Source of the DNA: Patescibacteria group bacterium
Lineage (GTDB): Bacteria > Patescibacteriota > Minisyncoccia > Phycocordibacterales > Phycocordibacteraceae
Assembly: GCA_030837225.1 (NCBI GenBank)
Contig: JAUPKX010000014.1
Location: forward strand, 1 to 60,922
Length of the DNA stretch: 60,922 nucleotides
Reading direction: 5' to 3'
The notes beneath the pieces are model-generated. The model was not told the DNA's origin. It ran no database searches and saw only the letters and a program-made list of their open reading frames with translations. Both the position numbers and the translations under genes were made by a program. Positions 7,708-14,829 of this stretch are shown here, in pieces (within the stretch, counting starts at the first letter, position 1; each line of letters begins with the position of its first letter).

Positions 7708-9792
7708 ATGGAACTTTTCTCATACATTGGTCTGCATACTGCGTACCTACTTATTTTTTCGGTTACGCTTGGGCTTGGGCTTGGTGCATCTGCGTTAAGT
7801 CATATACTTTTTCTTTTCTCGGGAAATGATGGAAAGATATCGTACGACGAGTTCAAACTGTTAAAGATTTCACGCGTAGTGATATGGATCGCAATTCTTT
7901 TATACGGGTTTAGCGGTCTCGGTCTCTTTACGCTTGCGTACGAGTCAATGGTTGAGCTAGGAATCTTTTACGCCAGCATGACTGTCGCAATGATTCTCAT
8001 TGGGAATGAGATCGCATTTACCCTGCGTCACTTGCCGCGCGTGCGTGACATCCGTAAGGGAAGTATCGCTTTAGACGCATTCGTTCTCGAGAGCGGTGTA
8101 GTGTCGGCAGTTTCGTGGATATTTTTGATGTTCCACCATGTTATCTACCGAACCGATATTGGCTATTTTGCATTCATGGCGCTTTACGCAGTTGCTATTG
8201 CAGTGGGTATGCTTGCGACCTGGCTCATACGAAGATCAAGCGTTCGTTCGCATGACGCGTTGATATTGAAACGATCGGTTCTGGCGGCATTATTCTTTGC
8301 CCTCATATTCGCGGGAGCGTGGTATGCAAAGGCCGACCGCTTTATTAAGCCTGCAGACATTGGCAAGCGCATAGTTGCTGAAGTAGTAGGGCCGACCTAT
8401 ACGCTAGACGATGTCGCGCTTCATAATAATGATGAGGACTGCTGGCTCGCTATCGACAACAAAGTATTTAATGCGACCGAAGCATCACGCCTGCATCCTG
8501 CGATGTTCAATTGCGGCAAGGACGTGAGTGATAACTATCACAAAAATCACGGAGAGGGTATTAGGGATAAAATGATGAAGTATTACATTGGCGATCTTCG
8601 TAGCGGGAGTGGTCTAACAAGCGCAAGTGCTCAGTCTGAGAGGACTGAGGTGCTCAAGCCGTATCGTGAGCTGTACGTCGATGAAGGGTCATGGAACCCG
8701 CGCGAGCTTATGCTCGTTGTGGAGAAAGACGTAGAGAAGTTACTTGCCATCGATGGGACGACACACAAGGTTATCGGGCGTGTCCACGACGTTGGCTTTC
8801 AGCCTCACACTTCCGTCTACTCGTCGGATGCAAAATACATGTACATCATTTCTCGTGATGGCTGGCTTACAAAGATTGATCTTACGACTCTCGAGCCGGT
8901 TGTGTCGGTACTCGTTGGCGAGAATTCACGAGGTACTGCTATCACTGATAACGACAAGTACATTGCAATCGGCAATTATGAGCCAGGCAATCTTGTCATA
9001 CTCGATGCCCATTCGATGGAGATTTTAAAGACGATACCACTGACCATGGAAAAGGACGGTAAGCAAATTGAGTCTCGTGCGGGCGCGGTCGTCGAAGATG
9101 GAAACCGTATCATTGTGGCACTTAAGGATGGAACGAGCGTCTGGGCGATTGACACCGACCAGCCAGGATTTCCTGTGACACATAAGTTCTCGGATATTGG
9201 TGAGGGAAAACCAGCCCTTCATGATGCCTTCCTTACACCAAACGGTTCTCATTATATTGTTGCGTCGCAAGGGTCAAAGACGGTGTGGATTCTTGATGTG
9301 GCGACGATGAAACCGGTCGCGGAAGTAGAAACCGGCGAAACGCCGCACACGGGACCGGGTGCCGCGTGGGGTAATTACATTTATATACCGTCATTGGGAG
9401 AGGGTCTTATTACGGTTATCGACATAACCACATGGAAACCAGTGAAGTATATAAAGACTGGTGGACCAGGTCTTTTCGTACGAAGCTACAGCAAGAACCC
9501 AACCTACCCCTATGTGTGGGCTGACACCGCGTTCGGCGAACGCAAGGACGAGATTTACGTCATTGATGCGCGCATCAATGAAATTGTAAAAACTATTATC
9601 CCAGTTAAAGGAGAAAGCTCGTGGCACCCGGAATTTACTTATGACGGGAAGTTTGTGTACGTCGTCTCGCAATCTGCGAATGAAGTTGAGGTGTACGACG
9701 CATACACTTTCAATATCGTGAAGCGCATTAAGTCAGATACGCCGTCGGCGATATCTAATGTTGGCTTGCGTATTGAGGAGCCGGGCTTGTAG
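7708..9792 (+). CDS. membrane protein fused to a cytochrome b5-like domain and a cytochrome cd1 (NirS/NirN/NirF-type) beta-propeller
   Basis: About 210 aa with about 6 hydrophobic helices. Then YTLDDVALHNNDEDCWLAIDNKVFNATEASRLHPAMFNCGKDVSDNYHKNHG, which is b5-like. Then LLAIDGTTHKVIGRVHDVGFQPHTSVYSSDAKYMYIISRDGWLTKIDL...YIAIGNYEPGNLVILDAHSMEILKTI...TPHTGPGAAW, which is typical of the d1-heme propeller family. Confidence 0.7.
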   Translation: MELFSYIGLHTAYLLIFSVTLGLGLGASALSHILFLFSGNDGKISYDEFKLLKISRVVIWIAILLYGFSGLGLFTLAYESMVELGIFYASMTVAMILIGNEIAFTLRHLPRVRDIRKGSIALDAFVLESGVVSAVSWIFLMFHHVIYRTDIGYFAFMALYAVAIAVGMLATWLIRRSSVRSHDALILKRSVLAALFFALIFAGAWYAKADRFIKPADIGKRIVAEVVGPTYTLDDVALHNNDEDCWLAIDNKVFNATEASRLHPAMFNCGKDVSDNYHKNHGEGIRDKMMKYYIGDLRSGSGLTSASAQSERTEVLKPYRELYVDEGSWNPRELMLVVEKDVEKLLAIDGTTHKVIGRVHDVGFQPHTSVYSSDAKYMYIISRDGWLTKIDLTTLEPVVSVLVGENSRGTAITDNDKYIAIGNYEPGNLVILDAHSMEILKTIPLTMEKDGKQIESRAGAVVEDGNRIIVALKDGTSVWAIDTDQPGFPVTHKFSDIGEGKPALHDAFLTPNGSHYIVASQGSKTVWILDVATMKPVAEVETGETPHTGPGAAWGNYIYIPSLGEGLITVIDITTWKPVKYIKTGGPGLFVRSYSKNPTYPYVWADTAFGERKDEIYVIDARINEIVKTIIPVKGESSWHPEFTYDGKFVYVVSQSANEVEVYDAYTFNIVKRIKSDTPSAISNVGLRIEEPGL

Positions 9793-9816
9793 ACCGCAGC
9801 TCCATTTCGAACATGT

Positions 9817-9920
9817 TTCAATTTGTGACCCTAACGGGAAATAATTGGAACCGCTTCCTGCTACAGATACAAGCTTTCAATGTCTTGAAATAGTAAAACC
9901 CCAGACCGGATTGTCTGGGG
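9817..9920 (+). repeat. direct repeat copy A (micro-ORF plus hairpin module)
   Basis: caatttgtga/ccctaacgggaaataattggaaccgctt... matches 10626-10635 plus 10681-10774 at roughly 85 percent identity by hand alignment. Confidence 0.8.
9825..9893 (+). CDS. candidate micro-ORF copy A (22 aa from GTG 9825; 26 aa if from in-frame ATG 9813)
   Basis: (MFQF)VTLTGNNWNRFLLQIQAFNVLK, followed by hairpin 9899-9920 and TTTT. Paralogous to 10678..10749, and most differences between the two are synonymous. Confidence 0.3.
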   Translation: MTLTGNNWNRFLLQIQAFNVLK

Positions 9921-9938
9921 TTTTAGTGGGGAGATTGC

Positions 9939-10562
9939 TTACTCCTTGGATATATCGCCCTCGGTTCCTTGCTGAGTCTGATGTGTAGCGCTCGCATACT
10001 CGTAGACTTCGTGAACACTGGTCTGTATGAGTTTTACTAGAGCGTCAATATAGGCTTCGAGCGCGAGTATATTCTTCGCGTCGTTGTCATCCCAGCCCTC
10101 AGGGGTAAGGTCACCCTTCATATCAGCAAGATTCAAGTGGCTTGGGAATGGCAGATCCGCGTCATTAAGTGTGTCTATCCCTCTTTCAAAGCGAAGGCCG
10201 TCAGTATCCTTGTCTTCTTCAAGGGTAACTCTGAAATTAGATTCTATTTTATCTCCCATTTCCTCGACAAGGAACTTTCCATCCACATAGATACTTTCGT
10301 CAGTAGGTCCTTCAGGAAGGGGTTCCAGTTTGCAGAGAATCTTTACATCTTCTGCTAATTCTTCTGCACGCGCGTAGAGGGCGTCCCATGCTTCTTTTTG
10401 AGCAGGTTCCATGAGTTCTAAATCAGTCCAAAGAAATGGACCTCTCCCTGATGTAAGGTTCTTTTCAATCTTACTCCTAAGTTCTTGAGGGGTTGGGGAA
10501 GTTGCTTCCCATTTTGAAGTAGGAGCCTTTTCCGGGCTTGCAGACGAAGGTATTTTTTCCAT
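9939..10562 (-). CDS. highly acidic orphan protein (about 207 aa)
   Basis: Open frame rich in D and E (EDKDTDGLRFERGIDTLNDADLPF, EGWDDNDAKN). No family recognised. ATG chosen at 10562 (the track uses TTG at 10571). Reverse-strand TTGACA, 17 nt, ATGATT lies upstream. Confidence 0.6.
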   Translation of the reverse strand: MEKIPSSASPEKAPTSKWEATSPTPQELRSKIEKNLTSGRGPFLWTDLELMEPAQKEAWDALYARAEELAEDVKILCKLEPLPEGPTDESIYVDGKFLVEEMGDKIESNFRVTLEEDKDTDGLRFERGIDTLNDADLPFPSHLNLADMKGDLTPEGWDDNDAKNILALEAYIDALVKLIQTSVHEVYEYASATHQTQQGTEGDISKE

Positions 10563-10625
10563 ATGCTCCAATCATCCCTTATCCAGAGGCTTTGTCAAAG
10601 TCTTTTTTGGTAAACTCGCTACAGC

Positions 10626-10774
10626 CAATTTGTGATGAGACAAAAGGAAAGCCGCCCTTGCGGGCGGTTCCTGTCGCATGACCCTAACGGGAAATAATTG
10701 GAACCGCTTTCTGCTGCAGATACAGGCTTTCGATGTATTGGAACAATAAGGCTCCAGGCTGGATTGTCTGGAGC
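10626..10774 (+). repeat. direct repeat copy B, interrupted by a 45 nt hairpin-containing insertion (10636-10680)
   Basis: Same module as 9817-9920. The extra segment tgagacaaaaggaaagccgcccttgcgggcggttcctgtcgcatga lies between caatttgtga and ccctaacggg. Confidence 0.8.
10678..10749 (+). CDS. candidate micro-ORF copy B (23 aa)
   Basis: MTLTGNNWNRFLLQIQAFDVLEQ, followed by hairpin 10751-10774. Confidence 0.3.
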   Translation: MTLTGNNWNRFLLQIQAFDVLEQ

Positions 10775-10878
10775 TACGTCGCCAAAGCGCTTGCTTGGGG
10801 ATACTCGTCGAGTGCCTTAAACCAATGCGTCAACCAAAAACCCTCATGAGCGCCGTCTTAAGATGTTAATCTGATCGT

Positions 10879-11607
10879 ATGAAAATGAAGAAACTTTTAA
10901 AGACTGTGCGTCGGTCATTAGTCGTAGCATTTCTAGGGGTTTTGATTCTTCTCGTTCCCTATGTCCAGTTTCCTTTACTCTTTCTCAGTGGCCTTTTAAC
11001 GGCATATGATTTCCTATGGCCAGGTGAGACAATTTTTAGGTCCCCTCATGTATTAATTCATTTTTGGGGTTTTGGAATTCAATCGGCTAATGCCTTTGCA
11101 TTCTTCGGAAGCTTCATCTTCCTTCTCAGCTTGTTCGTGGAGAGTATAAGACATTGCTTAAAATATATTTTTGCAAGGTTGAGGGTTAAATTACCCACTT
11201 TCATCTCTTACGTATTAGGAATTTTGTTTGTCATCGGTCTCTCGACGCTGCTCCATAACATGAATTATCAGCTAATGAGCCAGTCTGAACTTGCTAGGAC
11301 AAATACGTCTACAGAAACTCATTTTACTTGTTCTGAAGAATTGGCTCTGGATGTCACACCTACTGGCGATATAGAGGTTTACGTAGCGATGAAAGATGAG
11401 TCAACCAACTCAATAGGGCATCAGACTTTGTCGATAGGAAATATTGATTTCGAGACAGCGGTCCTAAATCCTTACTATTTTCAAGAGAATACAAGTGGTA
11501 TGGCTAGTGCTTACGTAGATAAGATTCATTCCAGTATTAGATACGCAGTGGAAAACTGTAAGAATGTGCAAGGAAAAACGCTCCTGCAGAAATATCCCAT
11601 ACCATAG
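10879..11607 (+). CDS. multi-pass membrane protein, hypothetical (A+T-rich)
   Basis: 242 aa with several hydrophobic helices and no recognisable family. TGtTAATCT lies 6 nt upstream of the ATG. Confidence 0.6.
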   Translation: MKMKKLLKTVRRSLVVAFLGVLILLVPYVQFPLLFLSGLLTAYDFLWPGETIFRSPHVLIHFWGFGIQSANAFAFFGSFIFLLSLFVESIRHCLKYIFARLRVKLPTFISYVLGILFVIGLSTLLHNMNYQLMSQSELARTNTSTETHFTCSEELALDVTPTGDIEVYVAMKDESTNSIGHQTLSIGNIDFETAVLNPYYFQENTSGMASAYVDKIHSSIRYAVENCKNVQGKTLLQKYPIP

Positions 11608-11680
11608 GAAGAACGACTGTTATTGTCAGCATTCTTCATTTCTCGACGCGGCTTCGTCAAGGCTAATCGGGATTGCTAAC

Positions 11681-11708
11681 GCAAAACCGCCCATTCGGGC
11701 GGTTTTGC
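11681..11708. terminator. perfect 12 bp hairpin, bidirectional terminator
   Basis: gcaaaaccgccc attc gggcggttttgc. Confidence 0.7.
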
Positions 11709-11713
11709 TCGTG

Positions 11714-11785
11714 TGATCCCACGGGGAATCGAACCCCGATTTCCTGCGTGAAAGGCGGGCGTCCTAACCGTTAGACGATGGGACC
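11714..11785 (-). tRNA. tRNA-Glu (anticodon TTC), CCA not encoded
   Basis: The reverse complement is GGTCCCATCGTCTAACGGTTAGGACGCCCGCCTTTCACGCAGGAAATCGGGGTTCGATTCCCCGTGGGATCA. There is one C-A mismatch in the anticodon stem. Confidence 0.85.
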
Positions 11786-11858
11786 TTTCTTATATGTGGC
11801 ACCTACGTATCCTACATTTTTGAAGCCGGAAATGCTAGGATGTTTGAGTTCTAGGCAC

Positions 11859-11948
11859 GGAGGAGTGGCTGAGTGGTCGAAAGTACCACACTCGAAATGT
11901 GGCGTCCTGGAAACGGGACCGTGGGTTCGAATCCCACCTCCTCCGCCA
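11859..11948 (+). tRNA. tRNA-Ser (anticodon CGA), long variable arm, CCA encoded
   Basis: GGAGGAGTGGCTGAGTGGTCGAAAGTACCACACTCGAAATGTGGCGTCCTGGAAACGGGACCGTGGGTTCGAATCCCACCTCCTCCGCCA. Confidence 0.9.
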
Positions 11949-11954
11949 AGGAAA

Positions 11955-11982
11955 AAGGGCGCTCGCGAAAACGAGCGCCCTT
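11955..11982. terminator. hairpin terminator between tRNA-Ser and the convergent HAD-like gene
   Basis: aagggcgctcg cgaaaa cgagcgccctt. Confidence 0.65.
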
Positions 11983-11989
11983 GAGGTTT

Positions 11990-13192
11990 CTAATGCAGGG
12001 TAACGCTATACTCATCTTCAAGATACGCCTTGATAGTTTCGGGCCCTTTCGTTTCCGGATAAGCAATTGCTCCATTGATGAAGCGGATCTCTCGTCCGTT
12101 CTTAGCCGGTAGTTGCCCAAATCCTGGACGATCCATAGGCGAAAGAATCTGATGGAGCCAGCGGAAGCTTTCTCCAGCATAGAGTTTGTTCGGCTCGTTG
12201 GTTCCAGGTACAAGAAATCCTGAAAGAGGTGAGCCGCCGACTAGAAGAAAGCTTTTACGCCTCACCGGATCGTTCGTGTTTACCCCAGCCCGAATGTCCG
12301 GCGGCATATCGCCCGCGATGAGGAGATCCTCAATAAGTTCGTTCCCGAACATACGTGTAAGTGCCCGACTAACCATATGCTCCTTGGTCGCGAGTGTTGG
12401 TGTTGCATAGAACAACAGACGGTTCTCACTCGCGGGACTGCTTTCGTCGGTAATAACGAAGTTGTTGAGTATCGGTTTGAATTCGCGCGTTAGTTCCGCA
12501 AGCTCGACACCTTTCGTTTCAAGTTTACTTGCAAATTCGAGTCCCCCAATCGTAGAAAGTATTTCAACTTTTGCACGCTCTTTTAGATAAAGGTTCTCCC
12601 TCGCGTCCTCAAGCAGGAACTCGAATTGCAGACGATATTCAAGTGGCATGACGTCCCTAAGGCCGGTTTCGTAATTAACAGGATTCTCAATCATCGAATA
12701 GTACGCTTCGAGATCAATCGCTCGTGCTGGTCGTTCAAGCCGCATTGCTTCAGCGGCGTACCGGACGGCTTTCTTAGCACTCTCTCGCCAATTAATTCCA
12801 CCGAGCAGTGTATCGAAGCCGCGGTCAAGGCTGTAAAAACCCGACGCGTTCCGGTAGTGATTGCCCGTACCCAGGCTCATTATGAGATCCGGATCGGTGA
12901 ATGCGTGTCGCTCTTCGAGAGACTCTGGAGGGCGGTAGACATGACGTCCATTTTCGATCCCAAGTAATGGTCGAGCTCGCTTAAATCCTCCATAAAGGAC
13001 TGATGCGGCATATGCGCCCGAAGACATACCCATTTCCGCTGTCTGTGCAGTAACGGTACCGAACGTGCCGTGTGCATTTATGAAGCGTCGGACCGAATTT
13101 GCGGCGTTAATTTCAGAACGAGTAGGATTCTTGCACAAGAGCGTGCCATCAATATCGGAAATACAAACGAATTTCTTTGCATTGAATTTCAT
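11990..13192 (-). CDS. HAD-superfamily phosphatase-like protein with a large cap/insert (about 400 aa)
   Basis: Motif I ISDIDGTL (DxDxT) and a late GDMPPD (GDxxxD-like) motif. ATG at 13192 is preceded by GGGGGA with a 4 nt spacer. The track start is TTG at 13204. Confidence 0.6.
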   Translation of the reverse strand: MKFNAKKFVCISDIDGTLLCKNPTRSEINAANSVRRFINAHGTFGTVTAQTAEMGMSSGAYAASVLYGGFKRARPLLGIENGRHVYRPPESLEERHAFTDPDLIMSLGTGNHYRNASGFYSLDRGFDTLLGGINWRESAKKAVRYAAEAMRLERPARAIDLEAYYSMIENPVNYETGLRDVMPLEYRLQFEFLLEDARENLYLKERAKVEILSTIGGLEFASKLETKGVELAELTREFKPILNNFVITDESSPASENRLLFYATPTLATKEHMVSRALTRMFGNELIEDLLIAGDMPPDIRAGVNTNDPVRRKSFLLVGGSPLSGFLVPGTNEPNKLYAGESFRWLHQILSPMDRPGFGQLPAKNGREIRFINGAIAYPETKGPETIKAYLEDEYSVTLH

Positions 13193-13304
13193 AGGTTCCC
13201 CCAACAGTTTATGTGAATGAACATTCCTGAGGACTATACCGTATATGTTCTGAAGACTTCATGAACCCTATAGAAGAGCCTAGATACGCTATACTGTGCG
13301 CATT

Positions 13305-14510
13305 ATGCAGCTCAGCCTCCCAAAACCCAAAGACTGTGCCGAATGCGGGGACGGGGCGATCTTTCATAGGGTTACGTATATGAGCATCGTTGTGGACGAG
13401 ATTATGGCGCCTTTTTCCCAGCCAAACCCACTTCTCCGGGGATTCGTGCGATTTGTATACGGTATAGAAAGGAAGGTAACGCCAATGCTTTTGACCCACT
13501 TCATGCGACTAGGGTGGGCAACCAAAGTAACTGAACCAGACGACGATACGCAGCTACTCGCGCTCATGCTCTGGAATGAAGCAAAAGAGCGTGACATAAC
13601 GGTTTCGGAATTTCGTCTCTTTGGATTGCCGCGCAACATATTCGTGGCTAGGTATCCTAATGGACACCAAATAGCATACGAAGGTATCCCGATGCCAGGG
13701 AACTCAGACCTCGAGCGCGTACCCTGGATGGATAACAAAGCGGTACTAAAGCAGAAGTTCCGGAAGCTCGGACTTCCGGTTGCAAGGGGAGGTGCCGTAT
13801 CAAACCTTAAAGACGCAAAGAAACTCTTTGCAACACTCACGCCACCCGTTATCGCCAAGCCGTTCTCTGGATCAGCATCCCGCCATACGGTGCTGCACAT
13901 AACAAACGAGAAGGTACTCGAGCGCGGATTCAATGTTGCGAAGGAAATTGCGCCCAAGGTTGTTATAGAAGAAGAGCTCGTTGGAGCGGTGTATCGCGCA
14001 ACCGTTGTGGACGGAACGTTTGCCGCAGCACTCCGCAGGGATCAGCCGCATGTTGTTGGAGACGGAACGAGCACCATTACGGAACTCGTTGCGAAAGCAA
14101 ACAAACATCAGGGACGTCAGGGTCCGTATTTCCATCGAATGAAGCTCGACGAGTACGCGAAGGAGGAGCTTGCCTGGCAGGGTCTTACGTTCGAAAGCGT
14201 TCTTCCAGAAGGAAAGCGCGCAACGCTGCACCAGAAGATTAACTGGAGCGTGGGAGGAACAACCTGCGATGTCACCGACGAGACCCATCCAGACAATATT
14301 GAGCTCTTTGAGGAGGTGGCGAGAGTACTCAATACGAAGATGGTTGGTCTCGATTTCATTATTGGCGACATGAATAGGTCCTGGAAAGAACAAGACCGCT
14401 GCGGCATTCTTGAGTGCAACAGCATGCCGTTCTTCGACAATCATCATCTCCCGTTTGAAGGGAAGCCCCGGAATGTTGCGAGTCTCATCTGGGACATGAA
14501 TAGGGGATAA
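13305..14510 (+). CDS. ATP-grasp enzyme resembling the N-terminal plus ATP-grasp (G) part of cyanophycin synthetase
   Basis: ATP-grasp layout (LKQKFRKLGLPV...VIAKP...VIEEELVG..YR) and C-terminal GILECNSMPFFDNHHLPFEGKPRNVASLIWDM, which from memory resembles the CphA segment around ..EVN..PG...H..P..G.PRNV...I.DML. No Mur-ligase-like domain follows. Start set at ATG 13305, with TATACT 9 nt upstream. Confidence 0.6.
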   Translation: MQLSLPKPKDCAECGDGAIFHRVTYMSIVVDEIMAPFSQPNPLLRGFVRFVYGIERKVTPMLLTHFMRLGWATKVTEPDDDTQLLALMLWNEAKERDITVSEFRLFGLPRNIFVARYPNGHQIAYEGIPMPGNSDLERVPWMDNKAVLKQKFRKLGLPVARGGAVSNLKDAKKLFATLTPPVIAKPFSGSASRHTVLHITNEKVLERGFNVAKEIAPKVVIEEELVGAVYRATVVDGTFAAALRRDQPHVVGDGTSTITELVAKANKHQGRQGPYFHRMKLDEYAKEELAWQGLTFESVLPEGKRATLHQKINWSVGGTTCDVTDETHPDNIELFEEVARVLNTKMVGLDFIIGDMNRSWKEQDRCGILECNSMPFFDNHHLPFEGKPRNVASLIWDMNRG

Positions 14511-14641
14511 GGGCTCATTTCCTTTTCACCTGCCCCTCTGTTAAACTTCATGTATAGGTCGAATTGCCAGCCAATATATATTGGATGGCTTTGTTTTCGG
14601 CCTTTTAGGCCTTATACAGAGTCGTTCAAACAAACAACAAC

Positions 14642-14776
14642 ATGACTGATGACACACAGATGGACCCTATGGTCGGTGGCGAGGAGGAGGTAGCTCCTGT
14701 CGCACCAACTGAGGAGGGCATGGAGGAGGCGCCTGTAGAGGCTGCTCCCGAGGCTGGCGAGGAGGAGGCTGCATAA
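14642..14776 (+). CDS. candidate 44 aa extremely acidic micro-protein
   Basis: Below the ORF-track cutoff. MTDDTQMDPMVGGEEEVAPVAPTEEGMEEAPVEAAPEAGEEEAA. A long hairpin plus T-run follows 15 nt downstream. No SD or adjacent -10 box was seen. Confidence 0.3.
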   Translation: MTDDTQMDPMVGGEEEVAPVAPTEEGMEEAPVEAAPEAGEEEAA

Positions 14777-14790
14777 GCCCCTTTAGCAAA

Positions 14791-14828
14791 AGAAAGAACC
14801 GCATCCTTGGATGCGGTTCTTTCTTTTT
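14791..14828. terminator. 15 bp hairpin with T-runs on both strands, shared by the acidic micro-ORF and trxB
   Basis: agaaagaaccgcatc cttg gatgcggttctttct tttt. Confidence 0.75.
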
Positions 14829-14829
14829 C

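Noticed and set aside
9817-10774. The two direct repeats as a DGR template/variable repeat pair or as attL/attR sites
   Set aside because: The differences are mostly transitions at both A and C positions, not adenine-specific. No reverse transcriptase or integrase is nearby. The repeats do not overlap a tRNA 3' end.
11778-12213. ORFs 11778..11984 (+), 11851..12213 (-) and 11873..12112 (+)
   Set aside because: They are translations of tRNA-Glu/tRNA-Ser, of the terminator, and of the antisense of the HAD-like gene. The same applies to 34519..34865 (tRNA-Leu/tRNA-Lys), 35990..36235 (tRNA-Leu/tRNA-Cys) and 47699..47948 (tRNA-Leu CAA).
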